In this document: piece by piece, positions 43,788 through 52,895 of the stretch
Numbering within the stretch: position 1 is the stretch's first letter
Layout: the number at the start of each line of letters is the position of its first letter
NCBI GenBank assembly: GCA_041168925.1
Contig: JBEEJY010000008.1
Span: forward strand, 1-61,499
From: Candidatus Parcubacteria bacterium
Lineage (GTDB): Bacteria; Patescibacteriota; Minisyncoccia; Phycocordibacterales; UBA2100
Reading direction: 5' to 3'
Length of the DNA: 61,499 nucleotides
Notes under the pieces: model-generated
The model's input: only the letters and a program-made list of their open reading frames with translations
Databases searched by the model: none
Told to the model about the DNA's origin: nothing
Made by a program: the position numbers and the translations under genes

Positions 43788-45742
43788 TGTTTCGGTTGGG
43801 CGCTCGCTGATGCGGCCGCGGCGCTGAAATTGACCTGAGAAGCCTGCACGCGCGCCGCTTGCGATGCGCCGCTCGCTTCGCCTTGTATGGCTCCTTCGAG
43901 TACCTTTGCGCCAAGCGCCGCTTCCTTCGCTCGTTCGAGCTCCTGTTTTGCCTTTTTGATGGCGAGGATTTGGGACGGGTCCGAGGTGATGATCTGGTCT
44001 TCGGTGTACGAGGCGATGACCTTGATGGCGACGTGTTTCAGCCCCGCGAAGAAAATACCCTCCCCCACATCGGACTCGAGCAGCAAGTATTTTTCTTCGT
44101 CCGACAGCTTGAATGTCTGCTGAATGAGATCGACGGATGTCGGCGATTGTCGCAGCAGCAACTGGATAGACGAGTTCGTTATCATCGCGGCGCCGTACGG
44201 TGAAGTCAGAAAGTCGTTTACGTCTTGGGTGATCGTGGAAAGGCCGAGGTAGTATTTACGGCCGCGCTTGGCGATGCCGAAGAGGAAGCTCGCCGTATCT
44301 TGCGATTTCATCATCCACCACGCCTCGTCGATGACGAGGAGGCGCTTGCGCAGCTCTTTGCGCACCGTGTTCCAGATGTGGTGCGTGATGATGTACATCG
44401 CGACGGGCTTCAGGTCGTCTTCCATGTCTCGCACCGAAAAGACGATGAGCTTTTTATTCATGTCGACGTTGGTCGGGCGGTTCATAAAGCCCGACCAGGT
44501 GCCCTTGGTGTACTTTGAGAGGCGCTGCACGAGGGATTCGGAACCTTCCATGCCCGAGAGCACGAGCTCGAAGTCGGACAGGAGCGGCGGCTCGATCGCG
44601 GCGAAGTTCGCGTCCGCGGTAATATCCTTCAGCGCGTACGTTTCGGTGATCGCCTTGTCGATAATGGCGTCTTCCTCCGGCGTGAGTCCGCCGAGCATGA
44701 TGCGGAAGAGCCCGACGAGCGTGATGATGTTGTTGCGTAGCACGTCGGAGGGGTTTTCATCTTCACGCGGTATCGGCAGGTCGAACGGATTGATGTGGTG
44801 CTCGGAAGAGAGCGAAATGTTGAAGTAGCGACCGCCGACCGTCGTTGCAAGATATTCATACTCGCGTTCCGGGTCGATGACGATGACCTCGGTGTCAAAC
44901 ATGAGGCTGCGGAGAATCTCAAGCTTCGTCGTGTAACTTTTGCCGGCGCCCGATTTTGCGAATGTCACCGAGTTGTAGTTTTCGAGCGAAAAACGATCGA
45001 AGAGAATGAGCGAGGAATTGTGGCGGTTGATGCCGTAGAGAATGCCGCGATCCGAAGTGAGGTCGAATGAAATGAACGGGAAGATCGAGGAGAGTGGCGC
45101 AGAGTTGAGCTTCGTGTGTACGTTGATCTCGTCGGTTGCGAGCGGTAGGACCGAACGGAAGCCTTGCTCCTGCTGGAAAAGCGCGGGACGAATGTACACA
45201 AGCCGCGATTCGAGAATGGAGCGCACCTCGGTTTCCACCTTGTCGATCTCCTCTCGCGTATTGCCGTAGATCGTGAGGTAGAGTCCGATTTCGAAGATGC
45301 GCTCCTGCGCTTGTTGCAGCGAATCACGCAGCTGCTCCAGGTCGGAGTAGGCGGTATCGAGCATCGGGTCGCGCACCATGCCTTTTTGCTCGCGCGTCGC
45401 GATCTGGCTCTGTACTTCGGCGACTTTTTTCTGGAATTTGCGGAGCATCTCGTTGGTATCCATCGGATGGATGAAGATCGAAATATCGAGCACCTTGTCC
45501 ATGTTGATGATCGGCGCGAACCAGCCGGTCGTGAGAAAGCGCGGATACGAGATGACGAAGAAGGTGCGCGCGATTTTCTCGCCGAGATCTAGCTCTCGCG
45601 AATTGATGCGAAGCGCGTGAGGCGCGATCACGTCTTGCAGGTCGAGTACTCCCGATTTGTAGATTTCGGAAGGGAGGACGGGCAGCACGTTGGGCGATTC
45701 TTCTTTTTTCTTTCCAAACGGCAGAAGGTCGAGAAGTCCCAT
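43784..45742 (-). CDS. virB4: VirB4/TrbE-family type IV secretion ATPase
   Basis: Walker A FAKSGAGKSYTTK, Walker B LLVIDEAWWMM, N-domain ARTFFVISYPRFL, 652 aa. ATG at 45740-45742, 4 nt after the upstream stop. Confidence 0.85.
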   Translation of the reverse strand: MGLLDLLPFGKKKEESPNVLPVLPSEIYKSGVLDLQDVIAPHALRINSRELDLGEKIARTFFVISYPRFLTTGWFAPIINMDKVLDISIFIHPMDTNEMLRKFQKKVAEVQSQIATREQKGMVRDPMLDTAYSDLEQLRDSLQQAQERIFEIGLYLTIYGNTREEIDKVETEVRSILESRLVYIRPALFQQEQGFRSVLPLATDEINVHTKLNSAPLSSIFPFISFDLTSDRGILYGINRHNSSLILFDRFSLENYNSVTFAKSGAGKSYTTKLEILRSLMFDTEVIVIDPEREYEYLATTVGGRYFNISLSSEHHINPFDLPIPREDENPSDVLRNNIITLVGLFRIMLGGLTPEEDAIIDKAITETYALKDITADANFAAIEPPLLSDFELVLSGMEGSESLVQRLSKYTKGTWSGFMNRPTNVDMNKKLIVFSVRDMEDDLKPVAMYIITHHIWNTVRKELRKRLLVIDEAWWMMKSQDTASFLFGIAKRGRKYYLGLSTITQDVNDFLTSPYGAAMITNSSIQLLLRQSPTSVDLIQQTFKLSDEEKYLLLESDVGEGIFFAGLKHVAIKVIASYTEDQIITSDPSQILAIKKAKQELERAKEAALGAKVLEGAIQGEASGASQAARVQASQVNFSAAAASASAQPKQ

Positions 45743-45746
45743 ACTA

Positions 45747-46415
45747 CTATTGTTGATTCTGGAGCGGCATCGGCTTGCCTTCTTCGCCCGGATTGAACAT
45801 CTTGTACATGAGCTCAATCGCTTCTTCCGTGCCGAGCTGTACCGTGCGCACGCCCGTGCGGACCAGTCCTTGCTGCACGATCGAGATGCGCTGTTCGAGC
45901 TGCGTCACATGTTCCTCGAACGTCATATTCGATTCCTCGTCGCCGGTTTTTTTCTTGCCGAACGGAAGCATCGAGAGCGCTCCTTTGCGGGTGATCTGGA
46001 GCGATGGCGAGTACGGCACGACGACGAAGAAATTCTTCGTCATGATGTTCGCCGCCTCGGTGAAACTCTTGATGAACTCGATGTATTCGCGAATCTGGAT
46101 GCGCATCAGGTCGTCGAGCTGCTGTTTATATTGCACCTCGAGCGTCGCGACGTACGGCCGGATGTCGAGCATGCGCGATTGCACGAAGATCTGGCACGAA
46201 AAATCGAGCGAGTTGAGGAAATTCTGGAACTGCACGATAAAAGCCGTCTGTTCATCTTCAGATTTGAGCGCGAAGTTAAGCGACGAGGCGAGCAGTATCG
46301 CGCGCAAGCCGCCGTCTTTCATCACGATGACGCCGTCACGCACTTCGGAAATGGGAAGAAAGTCCTGGGTGGATTTTGCGCTTGCGCGCGGGTTTGCAGC
46401 TGCGGTCGTGGGCAT
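45747..46415 (-). CDS. Stand-alone VirB4 N-terminal-domain-like protein (no ATPase domain)
   Basis: DFLPISEVRDGVIVMKDGGLRAILLASSLNFALKSEDEQ...FLNSLDFSCQIFVQS follows the N-domain pattern of Gram-positive VirB4 proteins. It shares the LPFGKKK motif with the start of the adjacent VirB4. Confidence 0.5.
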   Translation of the reverse strand: MPTTAAANPRASAKSTQDFLPISEVRDGVIVMKDGGLRAILLASSLNFALKSEDEQTAFIVQFQNFLNSLDFSCQIFVQSRMLDIRPYVATLEVQYKQQLDDLMRIQIREYIEFIKSFTEAANIMTKNFFVVVPYSPSLQITRKGALSMLPFGKKKTGDEESNMTFEEHVTQLEQRISIVQQGLVRTGVRTVQLGTEEAIELMYKMFNPGEEGKPMPLQNQQ

Positions 46416-46417
46416 AC

Positions 46418-46942
46418 CTATTGGTCGGTGTCTTCCGCGAAGTGACGCAAAACTTGCTGCGGGGTGCGAACCGGGACGACGATGTCTTGGTCTGTCTTGT
46501 AAATGTGGCTTTCACGGTCATTCTCGAGCCCGGCCGCGATGCGCTCTTTGATATCGAGGCTCCACGCGAGTTCGTGGAGCTTACTCTCGGAGAGTTTCGG
46601 CACGTACACCTCGGCTTTTCTCTGGTCGAGCGCCCCGATCACGGGCGGGACAACTTTCTTTTTGCGCTCGTTGTTCCACAGGTACAGTTTATTGCGCGCG
46701 AAAAAGAAGAACGCGCTCTCGAGTGCGAGGATAAAGGGGCGTCCATTCCACTGGAAAAACGCGAGCGCGGCCGCGAGCCCTCCGATAACGACAATGAACG
46801 GCGCAGCTACGACAAGCGGGAGCGTGCGCCACAGAAGGTAGCAGGCACCCGCTCCGCCGCCCATATAGATGAATTGTTTGAACGTGAGCGGGCCGAAGAT
46901 CTTGTCCTCGACCTCGATGAATTGGGGCACTTGGAATTGCAT
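46418..46942 (-). CDS. PrgI-family (VirB3-like) small membrane protein
   Basis: MQFQVPQFIEVEDKIFGPLTFKQFIYMGGGAGACYLLW followed by 2 TM helices, the characteristic PrgI-family N-terminus. Confidence 0.6.
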   Translation of the reverse strand: MQFQVPQFIEVEDKIFGPLTFKQFIYMGGGAGACYLLWRTLPLVVAAPFIVVIGGLAAALAFFQWNGRPFILALESAFFFFARNKLYLWNNERKKKVVPPVIGALDQRKAEVYVPKLSESKLHELAWSLDIKERIAAGLENDRESHIYKTDQDIVVPVRTPQQVLRHFAEDTDQ

Positions 46943-47062
46943 AGCGCGTTTACTCGACAACCTCGCCAGCAACAAAAGCGGTGGCGTGAGGTCACCGGAG
47001 TACCACAATCATATCACGCAACATTTGGGGTGTTCTGTCAGTTGTGCACGGAGAACGCCGCA

Positions 47063-47683
47063 TCAGGCGGGCGGTTCCCGATAGGGGTCGTCTTGTACGT
47101 TCGCACGCGCGGTGCTCGGTTGGCCCGATTGGTATGCACTCGATACAGGCGCCCGCTTCGCGGTCGTTGTCGGCGCTGGCGCAGGTGGGGTTGCAGGAGC
47201 AACCGTCGGCGCGACAGAAAGTGTAGGAGCGGGAGGAGCGTTCTGCGTTCCTCCTTGTGCGGCTGACTCCCCAGATTGGCCTGCAAGCGCCTCTTGACGC
47301 GCGGTCTCAACGTCGCTTACCTCGGCCGCCTTTGCCTCAGGGTGCTCGAGCAGCCGCTCAAGCTCGCCGCGTATCGGCTCGAAGACGGTTTTCGAAATGT
47401 CTTCCGCAAGCGCCGCCGCCTCCTCGTCCGTCACACCGACCTCGCTTTTAATGTTGTCTTTCAGTTTGTCGGTCGGCTGGAATCCGAGGAGCGTGAGCAT
47501 CACTTCGTTTTCGAGAAGCTGCCATTGATCGAGATGCAGCTTTTGCGTCTCGGCAAGATCGCGCAGATGCTTCTGCACATCCGCGGACGTGATCGCGTCT
47601 TGCACGATCTTTGGCAGCGTCTTGAACCGCTCCGCAAGCTGCGCGTTCAATTCAGTTTCATGCCCCTGTATTGCCGTGTCCAT
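47063..47683 (-). CDS. Hypothetical soluble protein with a Pro/Ala/Thr-rich tail (T4SS-like operon)
   Basis: 206 aa, no TM helix. C-terminal APPAPTLSVAPTVAPATPPAPAPTTT. It starts 3 nt after the upstream stop. Confidence 0.5.
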   Translation of the reverse strand: MDTAIQGHETELNAQLAERFKTLPKIVQDAITSADVQKHLRDLAETQKLHLDQWQLLENEVMLTLLGFQPTDKLKDNIKSEVGVTDEEAAALAEDISKTVFEPIRGELERLLEHPEAKAAEVSDVETARQEALAGQSGESAAQGGTQNAPPAPTLSVAPTVAPATPPAPAPTTTAKRAPVSSAYQSGQPSTARANVQDDPYREPPA

Positions 47684-47686
47684 ACA

Positions 47687-50290
47687 CTAGTGACCGCTCG
47701 TTGGAGCTGCGGGCGTGCCTGGAGCCTCCGGCGCCGCTCCACCGGAACTCTCGGTCTCTTTTTTCAGATAATCTTCCAGCGCTTTTTTAATGCTCTCGGT
47801 TCCCGCGCTCGTTTTGATTTTACTGCGCGCCGCCTTTGCCACGCGTTCTCCGGTTTCTGTAAATTGAGCAATGGGACCGGCCATCTGTCGTCCGACTTCT
47901 CCGGCAACGTTCTGTCGCGCCTCCTCCATTCCTCGTAGCTTTTCTCTTGTCCGTTCTTCTGATATCGAGACCGTTTCGCGATTATGAGATTCGAGCTCGT
48001 TGCGTGCCGCATTGTCTGCAGTCTCAGCTTCCTCGCCCGACATAATGACCGTTTTGCCTCTCACATTCGCTTCCCGTTGAGGTTTATTTACATTTTTAAG
48101 TTTTGTGTCGATCTGCTGCAAGGCCATTCGAGCTTGTTCTATGTGTTGTGATTGTTCGTTCAGTTTAAGTGCACGGTCAGTTTCGATCTGTTGACGCTCT
48201 TGGTCGGTTTGAGCACCCGTACCAAGCTGTGAGAGCCGCTGTTCGAAATCTCGCTCCATGGTGCGTTTCGTTTCAACCGCTCGTTGATAATCGGTGTCTT
48301 TTGCCTCGCGCTCCTGCTTCAATTGATCCTTTTCGACTGCGATGACCTGCTCGATCGCTTCCCGCATTTCTTTAGTGCTCTGTTTCGTCGCCTCAAGCGC
48401 TTCTTTTCTGCCGCGACGTTCTTCGGAGACAGTCATGCCGGCTTCCTCGCGTATTTTCTTCTTCTGCTCGTCGCTGATCTGCGGCGTCGCTTTTTCTGCT
48501 GCTTCTGCTTTCGCTTTGACTTTCCCGGCGTAGCTCAAATCACCTTTCGCTGATGCGCCTGCGGCGAAGCCAGTCAGCCCGGCTTGTTTGGCCGCAGCTT
48601 TCATGGCCGCAGTGTCCATCATATTCATCTTGCTGTCAGCCAGTTCTCCGAACCGGCCGGCCCATGTAGCGCGCCGAGCTCCAGCTCTCTTCAGCCTGTC
48701 CGCTTCACGTTGTGCCTGAGCCGCGAGTGCATAATTGCCCGCACCTCTTGCGGCTTTTGCGCCTCGTTCGGCAGCCTCCTGCCGGCCCAACCTTTCTTGG
48801 TACTCTTTCCCGGTGAGACCTCCCTTGATCCCGAACGCCAGACTACCGAGTGTATTTCTAAGCAGGGGCGCAAGCGCGAATCTTGAGCCGAGGGCGACCG
48901 CGAGCCCTGCGGGCATCGCTGCCCAGTCAAACCCTGCGATCTTGCTCGAAAACACGCTTGCGATCCGGAAAGAAATAAAGAGAAGCCCGAGCACGATGAC
49001 GTACACGAAAAGCGCATCGAGATTCGCCGCCTTCGTAGGTTCCGCGAGCAGACCGCCCAGCGTTCCCGTCGCTTCCGGCTTTATCGCATGCCCGATCGTG
49101 AGCGTGACCCAAATCGCAAGCATCAGTATCGGAGCAAGCGCGGCGCACCTCACAAGCGAGCTCCACCACGTACTCCATCCGTAGCTGCTCCCCGCCCATT
49201 TCGGCACAAGATAGGAAGCGAAGGCGAGCGAGGCGGTGACCAGAAGGAAAATGAAGAGCAAAGCCCGCGCAAAAAGGAGAAAGCATCCGTATAAAAGGAT
49301 GGCCGCCGCCGCGAGGAGAACCGTTGCGGAGACAAGGCCGTGTAAAAGGGCGAGCAAACCGTTGGCACCGCTGTAGTTATTCGTCGCCGTGCCGAATGCG
49401 GCGCTGGAGAGCGCTTTGTACGTGTCTGCGAGACTCGTAACACCCATCAGGTTGATAAACTGTCCCGATATCCCGGACTGGGAGAATTCCGTCGCGGTTG
49501 TCCCGGTCGATGCGTCTTCCCCGCTCGGAAGCCTGGCTGCGTTGTAGAACTGCGTCGCCGTATAATTCGACGCGTCGATAATGACTTTCGTGAAGAGCAG
49601 GCTGAAGTTGATGAGCACCGCGATAATCAAGACGTTGGCGATAAGGCGTTTTTGCCCGAACTCTTTCAATCCGAGGATTATCGATATCGCGATAAAAGTG
49701 AAAATGCCGATGATGAGAATATTCGCGATATCGCGAAACGCGGCCCACGCCGTCTCGATCCCGGATTTGATCGCGGTGCTGTAAAGAAACTGACTGAAAT
49801 TGACGATCGTGTGATCGACAAGTACGTTGAAGAGCAATCCGGCCACGGCCAAGAGCCACGCCGTGACTGAAATGAGAGCGGTTCCGATCAGGACGCTCGC
49901 CATCCTCCCGAAGCAGGTGAAACCTATCCAGTCGGTCCAATGCTGACAAGAGTTTCCCGCACTCTCTACCGCCTTCTGCGCTTTCGCTTCATCCGCCTGC
50001 TGCGCATCGGAGCAGTTCTTGAATTGATCGCATTGGGAAAGCGCGATCAAAATCGCGCGGTCGGCGGTGCTGCACGGACCGCTGCCGTCCATACAGGCGG
50101 GATCAACGTCTTCGATGGTACAGGTGCCGAGATTGAAGCCGAATGCGCTCGTGATGTTGTTCTTGACGCAACCCAAAGCGGACGCGGTATGCATGCCCGA
50201 AAACGAAAACGGAAGTAAAACCGCCGTGATCGCGACGAGGCCGGTAAGAAGACCGAGCTGCAATTTCCTTCTTGTCGTCAGTCGTTGCAT
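47687..50290 (-). CDS. Giant polytopic membrane protein, VirB6/TrbL-like candidate, with a Cys-rich ectodomain and a roughly 350-aa charged coiled-coil C-terminus
   Basis: 867 aa with a signal/anchor. The N-terminal ectodomain has 7 Cys, followed by at least 8 hydrophobic helices. The C-terminal K/E/R/A/Q-rich region is predicted helical. Confidence 0.5.
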   Translation of the reverse strand: MQRLTTRRKLQLGLLTGLVAITAVLLPFSFSGMHTASALGCVKNNITSAFGFNLGTCTIEDVDPACMDGSGPCSTADRAILIALSQCDQFKNCSDAQQADEAKAQKAVESAGNSCQHWTDWIGFTCFGRMASVLIGTALISVTAWLLAVAGLLFNVLVDHTIVNFSQFLYSTAIKSGIETAWAAFRDIANILIIGIFTFIAISIILGLKEFGQKRLIANVLIIAVLINFSLLFTKVIIDASNYTATQFYNAARLPSGEDASTGTTATEFSQSGISGQFINLMGVTSLADTYKALSSAAFGTATNNYSGANGLLALLHGLVSATVLLAAAAILLYGCFLLFARALLFIFLLVTASLAFASYLVPKWAGSSYGWSTWWSSLVRCAALAPILMLAIWVTLTIGHAIKPEATGTLGGLLAEPTKAANLDALFVYVIVLGLLFISFRIASVFSSKIAGFDWAAMPAGLAVALGSRFALAPLLRNTLGSLAFGIKGGLTGKEYQERLGRQEAAERGAKAARGAGNYALAAQAQREADRLKRAGARRATWAGRFGELADSKMNMMDTAAMKAAAKQAGLTGFAAGASAKGDLSYAGKVKAKAEAAEKATPQISDEQKKKIREEAGMTVSEERRGRKEALEATKQSTKEMREAIEQVIAVEKDQLKQEREAKDTDYQRAVETKRTMERDFEQRLSQLGTGAQTDQERQQIETDRALKLNEQSQHIEQARMALQQIDTKLKNVNKPQREANVRGKTVIMSGEEAETADNAARNELESHNRETVSISEERTREKLRGMEEARQNVAGEVGRQMAGPIAQFTETGERVAKAARSKIKTSAGTESIKKALEDYLKKETESSGGAAPEAPGTPAAPTSGH

Positions 50291-50291
50291 A

Positions 50292-51968
50292 TCATTGCTG
50301 CCACGCGCTCTTCCATGCGTTGACGACGCCGGGATTGTTGACGTTGCACCAGCCGGCCGGATTGCTCGGACTCACCGATCCCGAAGGCGCTCCGTCGGCC
50401 CACGATTGCACGGTGTTTTGCACAAGAGTAGACATCGTGCTCTGCACATTGGTGTACTGCGTCGTGACATTTGCAAGATCCGGCTGGATGTGAAGGGCGT
50501 GTTGGTAGACGAGGGCGTCGAGCTGCTGGAGCGCGATACGCTGCGCGTCGAGCGATTGAGTGTTGGTGATTCCTTGAATGATGCCGTCGATGAGGCTTAG
50601 TGCTCGGCGTGACGCGTTGATACTGGCAAGCGCCGCGTTCGCAAGCGGGGTGATCTGCGAATTGACGATCGGTTGCGAGAAAGCGGTCGAGGTGGCGATG
50701 CGGAAGCGCGCGCCGCCGGAATCGGTGCACACGTTATCAGCCCCGGGCGGATTACCGGTACACACGCGCTGAGTGATGAGATTCCAACACTGGTTTTCGG
50801 CGCTTCGCAGTTGTGCGATGGTCTGGGTAAGCACCGACGCTATACCGTTGACCGCTTGGAAATATTGCGCTTCGACTTGCCGCGCCGCGGAAAGGATCTG
50901 GATCGCGGCGTTCGCCGCGGCGTTGCGCACGCCCTGCGAGGACTCGGCGGCGACCTGGTCGAGATACGAGGGCTGGCCGCCGAAGCTTTGCGTCAAGCCC
51001 GCAAGTCCCTGGCTGTCGGAGATAATCTGAGTGGTCATACCCCCGTAGAGCGCACTGATCATCTGGCCGATATCGTTGGCGCTCTCAAGCTGGCGTACTG
51101 GCGAATCGAGAATCGTCTGGAAGGACTCTTGCACCGTGATCGACGGCGTGAGCACGTTCTGCAGGAGGGGATCGTCGTTGTTGTCGGTTACCGCATAATA
51201 GCCGTTGCCCCATTGCCACTGATCGCGCTGATACGCGACGGCTGTTGCGATACGTACTTCGGCGAGCTGTCGGGAATTGTTGTATGCGATAAGCGGGTTG
51301 CATGAGCTGCCGAGCGACAATACCGCGTCCCACACGTTTGACGGATTCCCTCGCAGCATCGCCGAGAGGTCGCCTTTGTATGGGCACGCGAGCGCTTCCT
51401 GCGCGTTTCTTGTCTGCGCTTCGTATGATTGCGCGAGTGCGCGCTGAACCGGCGATTTGAGAACCGGGTTCAGACTGTTCATCTCATTGCGCAAGAACGG
51501 CAAGAACGCGGCGTCGCTCACGTTCAGCTCCTCCTTCCGCTCATTGACGACGTACAGCGGATTTCCGTTGCGAGCGGTTTTGATCGCGATCACCGCGCGC
51601 TTGCCGAAGGCCGCTGTAGCCGCTTCGCGCTCGCGATCCACGACTTCGCGCAGCACGCATTCTTTGTAGACCAGAATGCCGGTATTGAGCTCCACGGTCG
51701 CGTCCGCGACCGGCACGTACGCTCCGCCGCCCGCGGTCATGGAGCCGATCGACATCGCGTATGCGCCGTTTAAGTTGCAATCGAAGATTCCCTGCCTTTG
51801 GAAACGATAGGGCGCGTCGGCCGATGGCGTTTGCGCGGTCTGATCTCCTTGATCGCCAGCCGGATCGGTCTGCGCGTACGAAGCGAGCGGCGCGATTAGG
51901 AAAAGCGCGAGGAGCGCAGCGATATATCTCATGCCCCGAAGTGAAATTTCAGCTCGCGCACTTTTCAT
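50292..51968 (-). CDS. Hypothetical secreted protein (558 aa), T4SS-like operon
   Basis: Signal ...MRYIAALLALFLIAPLASYAQ. No motif recognised. ATGA overlap with the upstream gene. Confidence 0.55.
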   Translation of the reverse strand: MKSARAEISLRGMRYIAALLALFLIAPLASYAQTDPAGDQGDQTAQTPSADAPYRFQRQGIFDCNLNGAYAMSIGSMTAGGGAYVPVADATVELNTGILVYKECVLREVVDREREAATAAFGKRAVIAIKTARNGNPLYVVNERKEELNVSDAAFLPFLRNEMNSLNPVLKSPVQRALAQSYEAQTRNAQEALACPYKGDLSAMLRGNPSNVWDAVLSLGSSCNPLIAYNNSRQLAEVRIATAVAYQRDQWQWGNGYYAVTDNNDDPLLQNVLTPSITVQESFQTILDSPVRQLESANDIGQMISALYGGMTTQIISDSQGLAGLTQSFGGQPSYLDQVAAESSQGVRNAAANAAIQILSAARQVEAQYFQAVNGIASVLTQTIAQLRSAENQCWNLITQRVCTGNPPGADNVCTDSGGARFRIATSTAFSQPIVNSQITPLANAALASINASRRALSLIDGIIQGITNTQSLDAQRIALQQLDALVYQHALHIQPDLANVTTQYTNVQSTMSTLVQNTVQSWADGAPSGSVSPSNPAGWCNVNNPGVVNAWKSAWQQ

Positions 51969-52777
51969 AATGGCAGTTTGCTCTTCTCGTATGAGACGAG
52001 CGCGCGAAACGCGACAAGCATGTCGGTCTCGGCCTGATTGTATGAACGAAGGAGCGCGACGGAGGCAAACGGGTCGCTCGCGTTGGCCGCCATTTCGTTG
52101 AGGGTAGCCCCGAATTGCCGCATCGCGTTTAAGATCGCGACGTGATACGGAGATGCGTCCGCGGGTACGACGATATGTGCGCTTGCCGTGGCCGCATCGG
52201 CGTAATCTTTTGCGACGGCGCGAAGCCGCGCGAGGTACAACGAATCTTTCGTTTCGACATACTGCCCGAAGAGTTCGAATTCGGGGCGCGTGTTTTTCAT
52301 GAGCGGTGCAAGCGACCCCTGGAGATCTTTGCGGTACGCGAGCATGCGCTCATACGACGTGTCGGGAGTCGTCTTGATATCGGCCGAGGTGAAGGGCACG
52401 TATGCGACGCTGGGCTTCAGCGTGCTCGCCATCGCTTCGGCGGTTTTTTCTCCCCTATCCGGCGTATACGATCCTTGGCTCTCCAGGGTGACGTAGCGCG
52501 TAATGAGGTTACCGAGGACGGCGTTTCCGAGTGGAGTCGCTTCCGGGCTCCACAGCGCTTCGTCTTGCGCCGTTTGGTCCGTGAGGCCAGGCGGGTTTTC
52601 CTTCTGCGGATCGGAGCTCGCGCTCGAAGCGCTCGCCACATAGGTGGTCGCGAATCTTTTTTCGGCAATGGTTTGCTCGATCTTCCAACCCGCGACTGCT
52701 AAAAGCGCGATCACAGAAAGTGTCGCGGTGGCACCAATAGCCGAAAACCTCCCGGCGCCTGAATTCCGAGTTTTCAC
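51965..52777 (-). CDS. Hypothetical bitopic protein, VirB8-shaped (N-terminal TM plus roughly 220-aa ectodomain); GTG start
   Basis: GTG at 52775-52777 preceded by TATAAT-N7. Anchor IGATATLSVIALLAVAGW. Confidence 0.5.
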   Translation of the reverse strand: MKTRNSGAGRFSAIGATATLSVIALLAVAGWKIEQTIAEKRFATTYVASASSASSDPQKENPPGLTDQTAQDEALWSPEATPLGNAVLGNLITRYVTLESQGSYTPDRGEKTAEAMASTLKPSVAYVPFTSADIKTTPDTSYERMLAYRKDLQGSLAPLMKNTRPEFELFGQYVETKDSLYLARLRAVAKDYADAATASAHIVVPADASPYHVAILNAMRQFGATLNEMAANASDPFASVALLRSYNQAETDMLVAFRALVSYEKSKLPL

Positions 52778-52895
52778 GCATTCAATTATAGCGTGGCCCG
52801 CAGGCTACGGTTTGTATTTTTCGCAAGAATAGGGACAACGGGGAGCACTCAAGCGGTCAATCTCTCCGAAGGCGAACGGCTCCCGATTTTCTCGC

